IMG/VR virus record: IMGVR_UViG_3300036793_000103
Location: 1-27,289 of that record
Source: a virus
Taxonomy: Duplodnaviria > Caudoviricetes
DNA: 27,289 nucleotides
Reading direction: 5' to 3' (one strand)
The position numbers and the translations under genes are program-made. Positions 1 to 7,270 of the stretch are shown here, piece by piece (position 1 is the stretch's first letter; the number at the start of each line of letters is the position of its first letter). The notes under the pieces are model-generated. The model saw nothing but the letters and a program-made list of their open reading frames with translations. It was not told the origin of the DNA and made no database searches.

Positions 1-627
1 ACCGCGACGCACGGTGTCGCCGGCCTGTACGACCTGCCGGGGGAAGTGATCCGGGCGCATCAGAAAGCCGGCTGGGTATTCCGGGCTCGCGTTCTGGTCG
101 ACAAGAATCCGCAGGCCGTCGCCGTACGGACGAAGGCGCACCACCTGATGTTCGTGACGAAAAACAAGGACTCCTCACAGTCATACCCGTGCACCGGCGA
201 TCAACTGCTGGTGTTCCGGAAGCCCGGCGACAATGCGACGCAGATCCCGCACGAGGCCGACGAGGCACCACCGGGGGTGTCCAACGAGGACTGGATTGAA
301 TGGGCCCGTCCCGTGTGGCTGGGCATCCGGGAATCGAACACACTGAACGTCCGCATCGCCCGCGAGGCAGCCGACGAACGGCACCTGCACCCGCTGCAAC
401 TCGACTTCATTGAGCGGTGCATACGGTTGTGGTCCAACCGTGGCGAACTGGTCGTCTCGCCGTTCGGCGGCGTCGGCTCGGAACCGTTCATGGCCTTGAA
501 ATTGAATCGGCAGGCCTGGGCGTGCGAGCTGAAACAGTCGTACTGGCGGACTGCCGTGGACAACCTCCGTCGCCTGGAAACGAAACAGTCAGAGCCCACC
601 CTGTTCGACTTCGGCGAATCCGCATAA
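1..627 (+). CDS. DNA methyltransferase (N4-C/N6-A type), C-terminal part; 5'-truncated by window
   Basis: Frame 1 is open from base 1. HLHPLQLDFIERCIRLWSNRGELVVSPFGGVGSE...ACELK matches the HxxP...IERxI...SxxGxxVxxPFxGxGS SAM-binding motif of phage amino-MTases. Confidence 0.85.
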   Translation, partial: TATHGVAGLYDLPGEVIRAHQKAGWVFRARVLVDKNPQAVAVRTKAHHLMFVTKNKDSSQSYPCTGDQLLVFRKPGDNATQIPHEADEAPPGVSNEDWIEWARPVWLGIRESNTLNVRIAREAADERHLHPLQLDFIERCIRLWSNRGELVVSPFGGVGSEPFMALKLNRQAWACELKQSYWRTAVDNLRRLETKQSEPTLFDFGESA

Positions 628-662
628 CCCACCACTCATACGACCGGCTAGGAGCCAAGCCC

Positions 663-950
663 ATGACGATGATCGCCCACCGCTGCAAGAACTGCGGCCA
701 CCTCGACATTCACGGCCACGGAACCCGGCAGGTCCGTAAACCCTGCAGCCAAGGCTACTGCCGCACCTGCCCGCCTACCCGTCCCTGCGACTACGGGACC
801 CCGGAAGTTCTCGACACGTTCGACGGTGCCGGGAATGTGCAGGACTCCTGGATTCCGCCGGGTTCGGGTGAGCCGCGCGGTATCGAAACGTGCGGGTGCG
901 GGGCCTGCGCGGAACTGTACGAAGTCCTGACTGATTCTCGTGCGTCGTGA
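663..950 (+). CDS. Cys-rich putative Zn-binding hypothetical protein
   Basis: AGGAG RBS at about 650, ATG at 663; CKNCGH, CSQGYCRTC and CGCGAC motifs. Confidence 0.7.
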   Translation: MTMIAHRCKNCGHLDIHGHGTRQVRKPCSQGYCRTCPPTRPCDYGTPEVLDTFDGAGNVQDSWIPPGSGEPRGIETCGCGACAELYEVLTDSRAS

Positions 951-986
951 TTTCTACTCGTTCTAGCTCTACAGGAGAAGACACGC

Positions 987-1337
987 ATGGATGACGACTG
1001 CGTTTTCTGCAGGCTAATTGCCGAGCAGAAGCATGAGGGCGGCGCGCATGGAATCGTCTGGTTCACGCCGCTGAACCCGGTCACCGACGGGCATCTTCTG
1101 GTGGTTCCGGCGAAGCATGTCGCGGATGCCTGCGAGGACCCGATCATGACGGCCCGGACGATGGAACGTGCCGCGCTGCTGCTCGCAGGCCGATACGGCG
1201 GCGAGGACGCGAATATCATCACGTCGATCGGCCCGGCCGCGACACAGACGGTCCGGCATCTGCACCTGCATATCGTTCCCCGCCGCCCCGGCGACGGACT
1301 CCACTTGCCGTGGACGGGGCAGGTTTCTGATGCCTGA
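987..1337 (+). CDS. HIT-family (histidine triad) nucleotide hydrolase
   Basis: DCVFC N-terminus, PVTDGHLLVVPAKH, QTVRHLHLHIVPR triad; AGGAG RBS. Confidence 0.93.
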   Translation: MDDDCVFCRLIAEQKHEGGAHGIVWFTPLNPVTDGHLLVVPAKHVADACEDPIMTARTMERAALLLAGRYGGEDANIITSIGPAATQTVRHLHLHIVPRRPGDGLHLPWTGQVSDA

Positions 1338-1731
1338 GCGGATCAAGCTTTCTCGTGCCCGGGGCTGGCGTAAACCAGAAGGCGCGAAGAACGTCGCCCG
1401 TCCGTCACGCTACGGGAACCCGTTCTGTGTCGATGGCAGCTCCGTAGTCGGACAGAACTGGACGCTCGTCCGCGCCAACTGGGGCCGCCAAACGTTCCGC
1501 GAGTACGACGTCATCTACACGAGCCACTCGACTGTGGCGGCGGCCGTGGCGCATTCCGTGGAGTTGTTCCGGATGCTGTGCGAGGTGTCGCGACGTGATC
1601 ATCCGGGGCGGTTCGAGGACTGGATAGCACCATTGCGCGGAATGGATCTTTGCTGCTGGTGTCCTCTCCCGGTTCCTGGTGAGCCTGACATCTGCCACGC
1701 CCGAATCTTGCTCGACATTGCAAACGGATAG
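1330..1731 (+). CDS. DUF4326 domain protein
   Basis: R..GWRKP...VARPSRYGNPF...LRGMDLCCWC...CHARIL signature; start overlaps the HIT stop. Confidence 0.85.
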   Translation: MPERIKLSRARGWRKPEGAKNVARPSRYGNPFCVDGSSVVGQNWTLVRANWGRQTFREYDVIYTSHSTVAAAVAHSVELFRMLCEVSRRDHPGRFEDWIAPLRGMDLCCWCPLPVPGEPDICHARILLDIANG

Positions 1732-1761
1732 GCCGGTTATGTCTGTTTTCGGGGTGCGGGT

Positions 1762-1971
1762 CTACTCGGCTGGACGGCGAGCGGCGATAGAGATTTGCCT
1801 GATGCGTTCGCGGGTGTATCCGGTCGTGCGGACGATCTCGCCTTGTCGTACTCCGCGGCTAAGGGCGGCGACGATGGCGGCGTGGAGCGCGGCCAGGCTC
1901 TCGGAGGCGCGGCGTTCGTCTCGGCGGTGCTCGTGCAGCGCCTTGCGGACGTCGGTCAGGTCGTCGCTCAT
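1762..1971 (-). CDS. Small helix-turn-helix DNA-binding protein (putative repressor)
   Basis: 69 aa; GVRQGEIVRTTGYTRERIRQI is a sigma70-r4/NarL-like HTH; extended -10 directly upstream implies a leaderless transcript. Confidence 0.75.
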   Translation of the reverse strand: MSDDLTDVRKALHEHRRDERRASESLAALHAAIVAALSRGVRQGEIVRTTGYTRERIRQISIAARRPAE

Positions 1972-1977
1972 ACCTAG

Positions 1978-1986
1978 ATCATGCCA
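1978..1986 (-). promoter_or_regulatory. Extended -10 element (TGG-CATGAT) of the leaderless HTH gene
   Basis: Minus strand reads TGGCATGAT-CTAGGT-ATG, so the hexamer lies 6 nt before the start codon. Confidence 0.55.
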
Positions 1987-1992
1987 TACGAC

Positions 1993-2031
1993 GTTGGCCA
2001 ACTCCACTTGCACAACATGACTTGGCCAAGT
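1993..2031. promoter_or_regulatory. Two palindromic operator-like sites, GTTGGCCAAC (1993-2002) and ACTTGGCCAAGT (2020-2031)
   Basis: Perfect palindromes sharing a TTGGCCAA core in a 94-bp divergent intergenic region; half-site CTTGGC at 2035-2040. Confidence 0.65.
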
Positions 2032-2036
2032 AAGCT
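2008..2036 (+). promoter_or_regulatory. SigA-type promoter TTGCAC-N17-TAAGCT
   Basis: -35 at 2008-2013 and -10 at 2031-2036, upstream of a GGGGAGG RBS and the GTG at 2066. Confidence 0.6.
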
Positions 2037-2065
2037 TGGCGTAATGAATCTAGGGGAGGTCGCTG

Positions 2066-2488
2066 GTGGCTAAACGAGAGATTGGCCTGATCTACTACAT
2101 GCTCGACGCCGACCGCCACAGCCAACGCGTCAAGATCGGAACGACCGAATCGCTGGCCGCGCGCATCCTGGATGTCCGAAGCCAGACGTTCAATAGGCAA
2201 GGTCCCCTGCTGCTTGCGGTCGAGATTGGCGGGTTCACGCGGGAGAAGCAGCTTCATGCTCAATACGCTTTGCAGCGCCTCACGGGCGAATGGTTCAAGT
2301 ATGAGGGACAGCTACGGGATTACATCAGCACGCTCGACCACCCGTACGCCTACATCAGTGACAGGCCCGAGTTGTGGTGTTTCGCTGGCGGGTGGTGCGG
2401 CATGCCGGTATCGACTTTACCCAAGGTCGTCCTGGTTGAAGACGAAGACGAAGACGAAGACGACGACCGAGTTGTAGTCGAATTCTAA
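2066..2488 (+). CDS. T5orf172/MUG113 (GIY-YIG-like) domain protein with acidic tail
   Basis: IYY...VKIGTT..LAARI...EKQLHAQY...R..GEWF motif; C-terminal EDEDEDEDDD. Confidence 0.8.
   Translation: MAKREIGLIYYMLDADRHSQRVKIGTTESLAARILDVRSQTFNRQGPLLLAVEIGGFTREKQLHAQYALQRLTGEWFKYEGQLRDYISTLDHPYAYISDRPELWCFAGGWCGMPVSTLPKVVLVEDEDEDEDDDRVVVEF
2438..2461 (+). repeat. (GAAGAC)4 coding microsatellite
   Basis: Four exact 6-bp units encoding (ED)4. Confidence 0.9.
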
Positions 2489-2532
2489 CCACCTGACTTT
2501 CTGTTTCTGTCTGTACCCCAAAGGAGAACGAA

Positions 2533-2727
2533 ATGCCCGAATTCGATTTGCACGAAGCTGTCGATGGTATGACGAAGGATGCCGCCGACGCGTACGAGCG
2601 GTACGCCGATCTGGTGCTGCTGACCCGTCACATGGCGGACAACAACTACTCGGCGGTCGAGATCGCGGATGCGGTGGAGAAGCCGCACAAGTACGCCATG
2701 GAGTTGTCGGACGCGAAGAACACCTGA
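2533..2727 (+). CDS. Hypothetical protein (64 aa)
   Basis: AAGGAG RBS, ATG, plausible helical composition. Confidence 0.75.
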   Translation: MPEFDLHEAVDGMTKDAADAYERYADLVLLTRHMADNNYSAVEIADAVEKPHKYAMELSDAKNT

Positions 2728-2763
2728 TCTGTTCTTTACCTATCACCGAAGGAGAAGGAAACA

Positions 2764-2988
2764 ATGGCCGAGACATACGTGAAATACGGTCCGTCGTCGC
2801 AGGCGCGAGAGAACTTGGCGATCGCTCTGGCCACGGACGAGGACGACTTCATGGCTGGTGAGGAGTGGGAGATGTGGGCCGACACCGATACGGGTAAGGG
2901 TACGTGGCGTCGGAAGGCGGATGCGTTGGTTGCGCGGTTGGTTGAGGCCGGTTACACGGTCAGCGACGATTCTGAACCGGTTGCCTGA
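2764..2988 (+). CDS. Hypothetical protein (74 aa)
   Basis: GAAGGAGAAGGA RBS, ATG; WRRKADAL..RL motif. Confidence 0.75.
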   Translation: MAETYVKYGPSSQARENLAIALATDEDDFMAGEEWEMWADTDTGKGTWRRKADALVARLVEAGYTVSDDSEPVA

Positions 2989-3028
2989 CCTTTTTTCGTT
3001 TTGTGTGTCTATCGGGGAGGAACCCGCA

Positions 3029-3208
3029 ATGAGCGATATCAGAGTTGGTGATCAGATTGAGCACGTCGGGATGCGGGGGTTCCCGATGACGGTCCTGGAC
3101 ATCGGGATCTGCGAGGACGAGGACAACCATTCGAAGTTTCAGGTGACCGATCCGGATGGTTTCCTGGACTGGTTGTGTGAACGCGATGTTGTGTGCGTGT
3201 CGTCATGA
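3029..3208 (+). CDS. Small hypothetical protein, possibly SH3/KOW-like
   Basis: GGGGAGG RBS, ATG at 3029; IRVGDQI...PMTVLDIG beta-rich pattern. Confidence 0.7.
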   Translation: MSDIRVGDQIEHVGMRGFPMTVLDIGICEDEDNHSKFQVTDPDGFLDWLCERDVVCVSS

Positions 3209-3606
3209 GTGCTCAGGTACCCGATCCGGGCGGCGCCGAAGAGACACTGCTGCGGTTCCGGCAGTTCGTTTCCGAACGGCCTGCTGACACGGTGCCCATG
3301 TGGTCGTGTACCCAGATGGGCATCGTGTTCGCTGCTTACGATTCGGTGGTAGCCCAACGAGACCAAGCACGAGCGGCGCTCGGACAGACGCGTAGCACGG
3401 CGATCGAGATGTTCGTGGCGTTCAAGGATCTGCATCCGTGGGATGAGCGGCTGATCGACTGGATGGCGGCCCTGCCAGTTCCCTCCGATGCCGCCCTTTC
3501 TGGTCCTACCGGGACTCCCGAACCGGCCGACAACAAAATCACATGGGACTACCTGCGTCAGAGCTTGGCCGAGGCTGCTGGGACTACAGAGGAGACAGGC
3601 CAGTGA
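3205..3606 (+). CDS. Hypothetical protein
   Basis: ATGA overlap with the upstream stop; ends in an RBS-encoding tail (EETGQ). Confidence 0.7.
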   Translation: MSAQVPDPGGAEETLLRFRQFVSERPADTVPMWSCTQMGIVFAAYDSVVAQRDQARAALGQTRSTAIEMFVAFKDLHPWDERLIDWMAALPVPSDAALSGPTGTPEPADNKITWDYLRQSLAEAAGTTEETGQ

Positions 3607-3860
3607 CCTGGCAGAAGATCACTTGCCGCGAGGCGGAAGGCTTGATGCTGACTCCGGGGCTGACGGTGTTGTCCGCGAAGACGGACCCTGACGGCTTGTA
3701 CGGCCGGCCGGAGATATTCACCGAGTGGGGGCTGAGTGCTGGCGAGGTCCCCGTGCTGAGGACTATTCGTTGGCCCGGCCGTGAACGGTCGGGTAGCCCG
3801 TTACGCAGTCCCGACGTGCAGCCGTGCGAGCACTACCGATACGAGGAGACGACGGCATGA
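3603..3860 (+). CDS. Hypothetical protein
   Basis: GAGGAG RBS, GTGA overlap. Confidence 0.7.
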   Translation: MTWQKITCREAEGLMLTPGLTVLSAKTDPDGLYGRPEIFTEWGLSAGEVPVLRTIRWPGRERSGSPLRSPDVQPCEHYRYEETTA

Positions 3861-3925
3861 CCGACGACGCTGGCAAACAAGAAGCCGTTAAAGAACTGGC
3901 TGCATCGGAGGCGGACCGTGGCTGA
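3857..3925 (+). CDS. 22-aa mini-ORF or deletion remnant (MTDDAGKQEAVKELAASEADRG)
   Basis: GAGGAG RBS, ATGA overlap upstream and 8-bp overlap downstream; fills the gap exactly; not in ORF track. Confidence 0.5.
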   Translation: MTDDAGKQEAVKELAASEADRG

Positions 3926-4160
3926 TAAAACATTGCAAGGTGAGGGGTGGGCGACCCCGGGGAATCCTGTCAGCACGCCGCTCGGTCTCGGCGTGATCGA
4001 GGGAATTCGGTTCGATGAGCGCGGCACGGAATGGTGGTCGGTGGCTGTGCTCGGACATAGCCCGCAGATTTTCCGTCCCGACGAAATCGCCCCTACCTGG
4101 GCGACCCTGCTGGCTGCATCAGAGGCGGACCAGATCTTGGAGGACGGCCATGATGCATAG
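3918..4160 (+). CDS. Hypothetical protein (starts MADK), SH3-like pattern
   Basis: GGAGG RBS inside the junction repeat, GTG start; VSTPLGLGVIEGI...WWSVAV. Confidence 0.7.
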   Translation: MADKTLQGEGWATPGNPVSTPLGLGVIEGIRFDERGTEWWSVAVLGHSPQIFRPDEIAPTWATLLAASEADQILEDGHDA

Positions 4161-4335
4161 GCACCGGTACCGACGGTACAGCTGGTCCAGGATCACGGCT
4201 GACGGCTTAGAGGTCGGCGGCTGGCGGTATTCAACCTGCACAAAATGCGACCGGCGTCCGCCATTTATTCGGGGTCGATGGGACATCGTCATCCGAACCG
4301 GACCGTTCCTGCTTCCGGAGGCGGACCGTGGCTGA
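4150..4335 (+). CDS. Small hypothetical protein (HxH...CxxC)
   Basis: GGAGGA RBS, overlap with the upstream stop, ends EADRG in the junction repeat. Confidence 0.65.
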   Translation: MMHRHRYRRYSWSRITADGLEVGGWRYSTCTKCDRRPPFIRGRWDIVIRTGPFLLPEADRG

Positions 4336-4504
4336 CAAGAGAATCGGCAGGGATTGCCAGCAAGAGGGCTGCGACAAGACCGTTAGCGACGGCCCGCTGA
4401 TCCGGGTCAACCCGAAGGGCGAGCGCGGCGTGTTCATGTGCCAGGAACACGCCATCGGCGTCCCGTACGTCAAGCGGCACTATCCGGAGGCACGCCGTGG
4501 CTGA
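4328..4504 (+). CDS. 58-aa Zn-finger-like protein (MADK...CQQEGC...CQEH...EARRG)
   Basis: Translated by hand between two junction repeats; GGAGG RBS; below the ORF-track size cutoff. Confidence 0.7.
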   Translation: MADKRIGRDCQQEGCDKTVSDGPLIRVNPKGERGVFMCQEHAIGVPYVKRHYPEARRG

Positions 4505-5267
4505 CAAGGTGCTAGTAGACCCGGATGACCTGCGCTGGCTGCTGAACATCGTTGACAACGCCGATGAGTCGCTGCCGCCGTGGTCTGACGAAGAGAAGGC
4601 GCGATTTAACCGGCTTATCGATGCTTCGTCGGGTGTCACGTCAGGGGCTACACCCGATGCACAGATTCACGAATCATCTGTGAAGGGTCCGACTGATGGC
4701 GGTCTTGATCTACCGGGGTACTCAGGGGCTACACCCGAACAGCCGGAAGGTCCACTGAAAACGGACACGGATTGGGATCAGGTCGTCACTGGCTTGCTCG
4801 CAGAAGGGCACGGGGAAGAGTGCGATCGGGTGGCGAGTGCCGGTGAATGGCCGTTGTATCCGTGCTCTTGCGGGGCTTCTCCCGTACCCAACCAGCCGGT
4901 GGGGATCGGGCAGGGCCGGACCGAGCCGATGCCGCCGTATGAGCAGCCGGTCGACATGGGATTCATGTCGCTGCACCCCGGACTGCAGGAGCTACTTGTA
5001 CGCGAGAGCGGCGGCAAAGCGAACCGTACAACTACCGAGCCGGACGGTTGCGGCGCGAAGGGCTGCCCAGTCCTGGCCGATAACCATCGGCATGACGAAG
5101 CCCCGGCAATGCCCGTACCCGAACAGCCGGCCGACTGTTGCTCGGTGCATGACATCCGTCGGCAACGTGGCGACGGCGCCCCACATGGCGACTATGGCAG
5201 CACAACCTGCCCGGACTGCATATCGGTTCGATCTGCCGGCGTACAGCCACAGACGGAGGAACAGTGA
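4497..5267 (+). CDS. Mosaic hypothetical protein (starts MADK) with Cys/His modules and repeated SGATP/EQP linkers
   Basis: GGAGG RBS; 17-bp exact internal repeat at 4641-4657 and 4722-4738; C-terminal CSVH...CPDC module. Confidence 0.75.
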   Translation: MADKVLVDPDDLRWLLNIVDNADESLPPWSDEEKARFNRLIDASSGVTSGATPDAQIHESSVKGPTDGGLDLPGYSGATPEQPEGPLKTDTDWDQVVTGLLAEGHGEECDRVASAGEWPLYPCSCGASPVPNQPVGIGQGRTEPMPPYEQPVDMGFMSLHPGLQELLVRESGGKANRTTTEPDGCGAKGCPVLADNHRHDEAPAMPVPEQPADCCSVHDIRRQRGDGAPHGDYGSTTCPDCISVRSAGVQPQTEEQ

Positions 5268-5473
5268 GCGATGATCTGTCGATTGTGCGGATGTTCCCTG
5301 ACCGGTGCAGTGAGGATGTGTCGCGTGCCGGGGAGTCTCAGGCGTGCGATAAGACGGCTGTGGCAGCCCGCCGTGACCCAGATTGCGGGATGCCGTATCC
5401 GGTGTGTGCCTATCACGCCCGCGGGGACATGGTGTCGCTCACTGAACTGCTAGCGACGGAGGGGACGACGTGA
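5264..5473 (+). CDS. Small Cys/His-rich hypothetical protein
   Basis: GGAGG RBS, GTGA overlap; C...CDK...YPVCAYH. Confidence 0.7.
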   Translation: MSDDLSIVRMFPDRCSEDVSRAGESQACDKTAVAARRDPDCGMPYPVCAYHARGDMVSLTELLATEGTT

Positions 5474-5748
5474 CCGATTCTGCGGCGCTGGCCGTTCAAC
5501 TCCGGCAAGCCCTAGCCGGCTTGGAGGCACCGTTGACGGGTCCTGGGTCGGTGGCGGGTCGTGCCCGCGCTCGGATTGATGTGGTGTTGGTGGCTCGTGC
5601 TGTTCTTGTCCATCTTGAAGGAGAACAGCAACGACTAGCCGAGGCGTTCGATGAGGGTGTTCACGAGCGTGCCGGATACGACTGGGCCGATCTTCGTGAG
5701 CCCCAGGTTTTCAATCCGTACCGTCGAGAGGAACAGACCAATGGCTGA
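5470..5748 (+). CDS. Hypothetical protein
   Basis: GGAGG RBS, GTGA overlap; AEAFDEG...NPYR C-terminal motif common in phage small proteins. Confidence 0.7.
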   Translation: MTDSAALAVQLRQALAGLEAPLTGPGSVAGRARARIDVVLVARAVLVHLEGEQQRLAEAFDEGVHERAGYDWADLREPQVFNPYRREEQTNG

Positions 5749-5983
5749 GCAGCGTGTCGAACCGTCGTCCGTGGTGGATCTGATCGAGGAGTACGTCAGC
5801 AAAGAACTGGCCGACGCAAAGCACTACGAGAACTCCGAACCGTTGGACGAGTCCGGCGTCTACAGCTTGCATCGGCTGGGAGCCGAGATTTACGCGGCCG
5901 GATGGAACGATGGTGAGCAGTCCGCTTTGCGTCGTGAATACGCCACGCGTCAGCGGGAGAAGGAGAAGCGGTCCAATGACTGA
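5741..5983 (+). CDS. Hypothetical protein
   Basis: GAGGA RBS, ATGGCTGA 8-bp overlap. Confidence 0.7.
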   Translation: MAEQRVEPSSVVDLIEEYVSKELADAKHYENSEPLDESGVYSLHRLGAEIYAAGWNDGEQSALRREYATRQREKEKRSND

Positions 5984-6293
5984 CGCAGAGAAGGTCGCGC
6001 AGGCGTTCCACGAGGCGTACGAGCGGCTAGCGCCGGGCTTCGGATACAAGACCCGTGAGGCGTCCGCAGTGCCGTGGGAAGACGTGCCAGCGAACAACAA
6101 AGCGTTGATGGTCGCCGTCGTTGCTGCTCTTTGTGATGCCGGTCTACTCCTACCGCAAGACGCAGAAACCGAGCACGCGCAATTCGACAACGGCAGGTTC
6201 TACATGTACGCCAATCCGGGCAGTAGGCGCGTGACTCATACGCGCTCGGTCGGCCCGTGGGTACCTGTCGATAGGGAGACGGAAAATGGCTGA
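5976..6293 (+). CDS. Conserved-looking actinophage hypothetical protein
   Basis: AAGGAG RBS; FHEAYERLAPGFGYKTREASAVPWEDVP..NK.LM motif. Confidence 0.75.
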   Translation: MTDAEKVAQAFHEAYERLAPGFGYKTREASAVPWEDVPANNKALMVAVVAALCDAGLLLPQDAETEHAQFDNGRFYMYANPGSRRVTHTRSVGPWVPVDRETENG

Positions 6294-6498
6294 GTTGGAC
6301 ATGGAACTCGTGTTTGATGCTGCGGTAGCCCGCGGGGGCCTGAGCCTGTCCGACAACGTTGCTGCTGCCGTCGTGGCCGAGGTCGGTCGACAACTCGCGG
6401 ATAGAATCGAAGCGGAAGACGAGCCTCCAGTCTTGGTCGCTGCTACGCCGACGGAGATCGCCAAACTCGTCCGGAAATGGACGGGCAACGATGTCTGA
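6286..6498 (+). CDS. Hypothetical protein
   Basis: GGGAG RBS, 8-bp overlaps at both ends. Confidence 0.65.
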   Translation: MAELDMELVFDAAVARGGLSLSDNVAAAVVAEVGRQLADRIEAEDEPPVLVAATPTEIAKLVRKWTGNDV

Positions 6499-6880
6499 TC
6501 TTGTTCAGCAGATACGTGACGCCATAGCCGAACGACGGGGGCTAGCGGAAGACGCCGTGGACCCGTTGGCCGACGAGTGGTTCGAGGCCGATGGGTTGTG
6601 CGACAGGGGCATGACCCCGCCGGACGCAGCGTTCATCGAGGCGCATTCACCTGCTGCCGTCTTGGCTCTCTGTAAAGCTGCCGAATCGATCCTGACCGAG
6701 CACAACGCCACCGCATGGCCGGCCACCACTATCGACGGTGTTCTTTACCCCCACCCTTACATTTGCGACTGCTGCTCCCTCTTCATGCCGTGCGGGACGG
6801 TGGTGTCAGTCGCTGCCATGTTTGGTGTTGATGCCAGTGTGTCACCTACCTCAAAGACAGACCAAAGGACGGAACAGTAG
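6491..6880 (+). CDS. DUF6221-like protein
   Basis: DAAFIEAHSPAAVLALCKA...IL..H...C..C...PC.T pattern resembles DUF6221 of actinobacterial (pro)phages. Confidence 0.55.
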   Translation: MSDLVQQIRDAIAERRGLAEDAVDPLADEWFEADGLCDRGMTPPDAAFIEAHSPAAVLALCKAAESILTEHNATAWPATTIDGVLYPHPYICDCCSLFMPCGTVVSVAAMFGVDASVSPTSKTDQRTEQ

Positions 6881-7270
6881 ATGAGGATTCTGGTTACCGG
6901 TTCCCGCGACTGGGATGACCTCTGGATCCTGGAAACTGCGATCCAGCAAGAGTGGTGGAAGCGTGGCGGGACAGCTTTCAACGTGGCCATTATTCACGGG
7001 GACTGCCCGACCGGTGCCGACAAGATGGCCGATGCGGTCGCCCTGAAAGCTCGGTTTCGGGTGGAGCGGCATCCGGCCCTGTGGGCGAAGCATGGCCGCG
7101 CGGCTGGTCCTATCCGTAACCGGGAGATGGTCGAGGCTGGCGCTGACGTGTGCCTCGCGTTCATCAAGAACAAGTCTCGGGGCGCTACGGGATGCGCTGA
7201 CATGGCTGAGAAGGCTGGGATTCCTACCCGCCGGTTCGTGGCGGCTTCTCTGGAAGGACAGACCAAATGA
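6881..7270 (+). CDS. SLOG-superfamily protein (DUF2493/YspA-like)
   Basis: MRILVTGSRDW, IIHGDCPTGAD, W..HGRAAGPIRN.EMV, SRG.....A.KAGIP. Confidence 0.88.
   Translation: MRILVTGSRDWDDLWILETAIQQEWWKRGGTAFNVAIIHGDCPTGADKMADAVALKARFRVERHPALWAKHGRAAGPIRNREMVEAGADVCLAFIKNKSRGATGCADMAEKAGIPTRRFVAASLEGQTK

Larger units (their letters stand above)
3896..4508 (+). repeat. Dispersed gene-junction direct repeats, consensus CGGAGGCGGACCGTGGCTGAYAA
   Basis: 20-bp exact copies at 3906-3925 and 4316-4335; 21/24 copy at 4485-4508; CTGGCTGCATCRGAGGCGGACC 21/22 at 3896-3917 and 4110-4131. Confidence 0.9.

Noticed and set aside
3896-4508. Junction repeats read as a CRISPR array or integron attC sites
   Set aside because: Spacing is irregular and gene-sized (about 170-410 bp), the repeats are coding and non-palindromic, there are no GTTRRRY cores, and no cas or integrase gene is in the window
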